A DNA stretch of 64,000 nucleotides, taken from assembly GCA_965178125.1 (NCBI GenBank), contig OZ237755.1, forward strand, positions 124,001 to 188,000, written 5' to 3'. Made by a program: the position numbers and the translations under genes. Source of the stretch: Bilabrum cf. latius. Taxonomy: Eukaryota. Below the pieces are notes generated by a model, which was not told the DNA's origin, did no database searches, and worked only from the letters and a program-made list of their open reading frames with translations. Of the stretch, positions 61,979 through 64,000 are shown piece after piece; the stretch's first letter is position 1; every line of letters starts with the position of its first letter.

Positions 61979-64000
61979 ATGCTAGCGAAGAAGCTGGTTA
62001 AGAATGGCTTGGATCCGCTGTTGGGCGCAAGGAACCGTTTGTTGCGAGGCGTACTCGGCACTCTAGGGTTTCCCACCCCTCACGAGCTGTACAGAGGCTA
62101 TGACAAGCTGCCTATGAATCGATCGTACCTCGCCTAGTACATGCAATCGAACCGAATATCGCTGGCAGACAACCAAGGGGAAGCTTGGCTCGCATTCAAC
62201 TCGAGGGTATCGGTCGGGAAAGGGTCCCTTGGGTCAGTCGTGGTCGATCTGCGGCCGCTCGGTAACGCGTAGCGCGATTTCCAAATCATTCTTGGGTCCC
62301 TCAAGCGCGGGCTTGCCGAGTTGCAGCGCGGCGGTCGCCTCGTGGTCGTGTCGTCCGGCGCACCAGGCTCGCCGGCAGGTGCGCTGGGAGACACCTGGAC
62401 GGCAGCGGTGCACGGGGCGGTTCTGAGCCTGCACTAGGAAGTCGGCAAGCATGGGATTGGCATCAATCACGTGGTTGACGCCGGGGGGGCAGCACCATTC
62501 CCGGAGGAGAGCGACTCGGAAGGCCAGGAGGAGGAGGAGGAGAGCGATGGGGGGAGCGAGGAGGAGGAGGGGAGCGATGAGGAGGGCGATGATAAGGGCG
62601 AGGAGGGCGCCGCTGCCGCTGACGAGCGACTCGAAGGCGTGGACAGCAATGAGGGTGAGGGCAGCGGTGCGGGCGGCATGCAGGCGCGCGTGGATCTCAA
62701 CCTAAAGTTCGACTCGATGCCGCTGGATGACAACGTGTGGGAGGCCGCTGCCTTCTTGGCCTCGCCCGCATCTGCGTTCGTCACGGGCCAGCAGCTTGTG
62801 GTGAACGCCGACCGAAGCAATGGCTGGGCAGGTGGTGATGTGGGCTATGAGTCAGAGGATGGCGTTGACGCGCTGCAGTATTCAACAGCGGCCCACCGAC
62901 TGCTGCGAAGGTCTGCCATCAGAGCAGAGGTGATGCTGGCGAAGGAGATGTAGGGTGAGACAGAGGGCAGAGGGGTTACCCCATACGGCCGCGAGCAAGA
63001 CTGGCTCAAGAAGAGTGACGAAATTGGTGCTGCGATCGAACGCATGAAGGGCCAGCTGCATGAGATGGGAGGTACGAACAAGACCGACATCACGGCTCCC
63101 ACTCTGCGCCCACAGGAGGGAAGCATTGCACTCGTCACGGGGGCCGCCAGGGGAATCGGCCGTGCGATCGCCCACCGGCTCGCCACTGAGGGCGCCATTG
63201 TGCTGTGCGTGGACGTGCCAGGGAACACGGAGGAGCTGAGCAAAGTGGCGGCCGAGGTAGGGGGGCTGGGCCTCGCCCTCGACATCACCCGGGACGACGC
63301 CCCCGGTGTGCTGCGCAGGGCAGTGGCGGAGTTTTCGTCCCCTCTGCGGAATGGCTTGGCCATGGACCACTCCGAGCCTTTCATGCGTGTTGCCAGGGGC
63401 GAGGACGCCGGGGCCGACCCGTGGGAGTCGCCGAGGCGGTCCGCGAGTGAGATCCTCGAGCTGCCAGAGTCCCGCGGCGCGATGGTGGACGAGTCCGACC
63501 TGGCCTCCTACTCGACCGACACTAACAAGCTGGTCACGTCGGCAGAGGGCGGGCTTGACGTTTTGGTGCACAACGCAGGTGTGACGAGGGACCGATCCCT
63601 GGGGAACATGTCCGAGGCGGAGGCGCGGGCGGTCTTCGCAGTCAACCTGGAGGCGATCCTTCGGATCGAGGAGGAGATCGGGGCTCGACAGCTGGTGGAC
63701 GGGAGCGGCGCCCCGGTGCTGGCGGATGGGGCTCGGGTGGTACTCCTGTCAAGCATCGTGGGTCGCGCGGGGGCCGTCGGGCAGTGCGCGTACGCGGCAA
63801 CGAAGAACGCCGTGGCGGCCTACGCGAGCGAGATGGGGCTCAAGAAAGCTGTGGCCGACTTGGGAGCGACGGTGAATGCGGTTGCTCCAGGATTCATCGA
63901 GACAGACATGACCCAAAAAATCCCAGTGGTGGGACGGGAGGTTGCCCGGAGGATGAGCTCGTTCCGGTAGGGGGGCTTGCCGTGGGATGTGGCGAGTGCC
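61979..64000 (+). CDS. FabG4-type (high-molecular-weight) 3-oxoacyl reductase / SDR, 3' end beyond window (TAG=Gln)
   Basis: SDR motifs ALVTGAARGIG, VHNAGVTRD, YAATK and NAVAPGFIETDMT, plus RRMSSFR*GGLPWDVA. A degenerate N-terminal domain (LGFPTP, VVVD, GRLVVV, LSLH*EVG) resembles FabG4. TAGs at 62135, 62270, 62435, 62951, 63968. Confidence 0.82.

Noticed and set aside
1-64000. Mass pseudogenisation or C-to-T hypermutation as the cause of in-frame stops
   Set aside because: It should also create TAA (from CAA), TGA (from CGA) and frameshifts. Only TAG is seen internally, and catalytic motifs are intact.
1-64000. UAG as pyrrolysine, Trp (A-to-I editing), Leu, or ciliate-type UAR=Gln
   Set aside because: Conserved columns and internal repeats point to Gln. 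TAA appears only at plausible C-termini, for example after KKLD in ALG6.

Overview
GC-rich, gene-dense eukaryotic (protist-like) nuclear DNA with short GT-AG introns near gene 5' ends and short intergenic gaps. The central observation is a non-standard genetic code. The fragmented ORFs of the supplied track join into about 15 continuous genes, interrupted only by in-frame TAG codons (about 100 by my manual count) and never by TAA or TGA. Every complete gene model ends in TAA or TGA. The TAGs sit at conserved Gln positions (ALG6 GDFEA-Q-RHW, VRR-NUC Q, kinesin EIYKE-Q-IKDLL, FabG4 Q-GG) and replace CAG in internal repeats. This indicates UAG=Gln with UAA still a stop, a rare decoupled code. Read this way, the window encodes: a partial unknown protein, a FAN1-like VRR-NUC nuclease, a ZIP transporter, a small membrane protein, lipin, a kinesin, a >4,600-aa cadherin/IPT/multi-pass membrane protein, DERA, ALG6, a ~4,560-aa HPS5/TECPR2-like protein with a ~30-copy IQ-motif array, ALIX/BRO1, a candidate small spliced gene, a secreted Asp-box protein, an ankyrin protein, a Cnx1-type molybdopterin enzyme and a bacterial-like FabG4 reductase. 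Family assignments come from motifs I recognise, not from database searches. The organism cannot be identified from this window.
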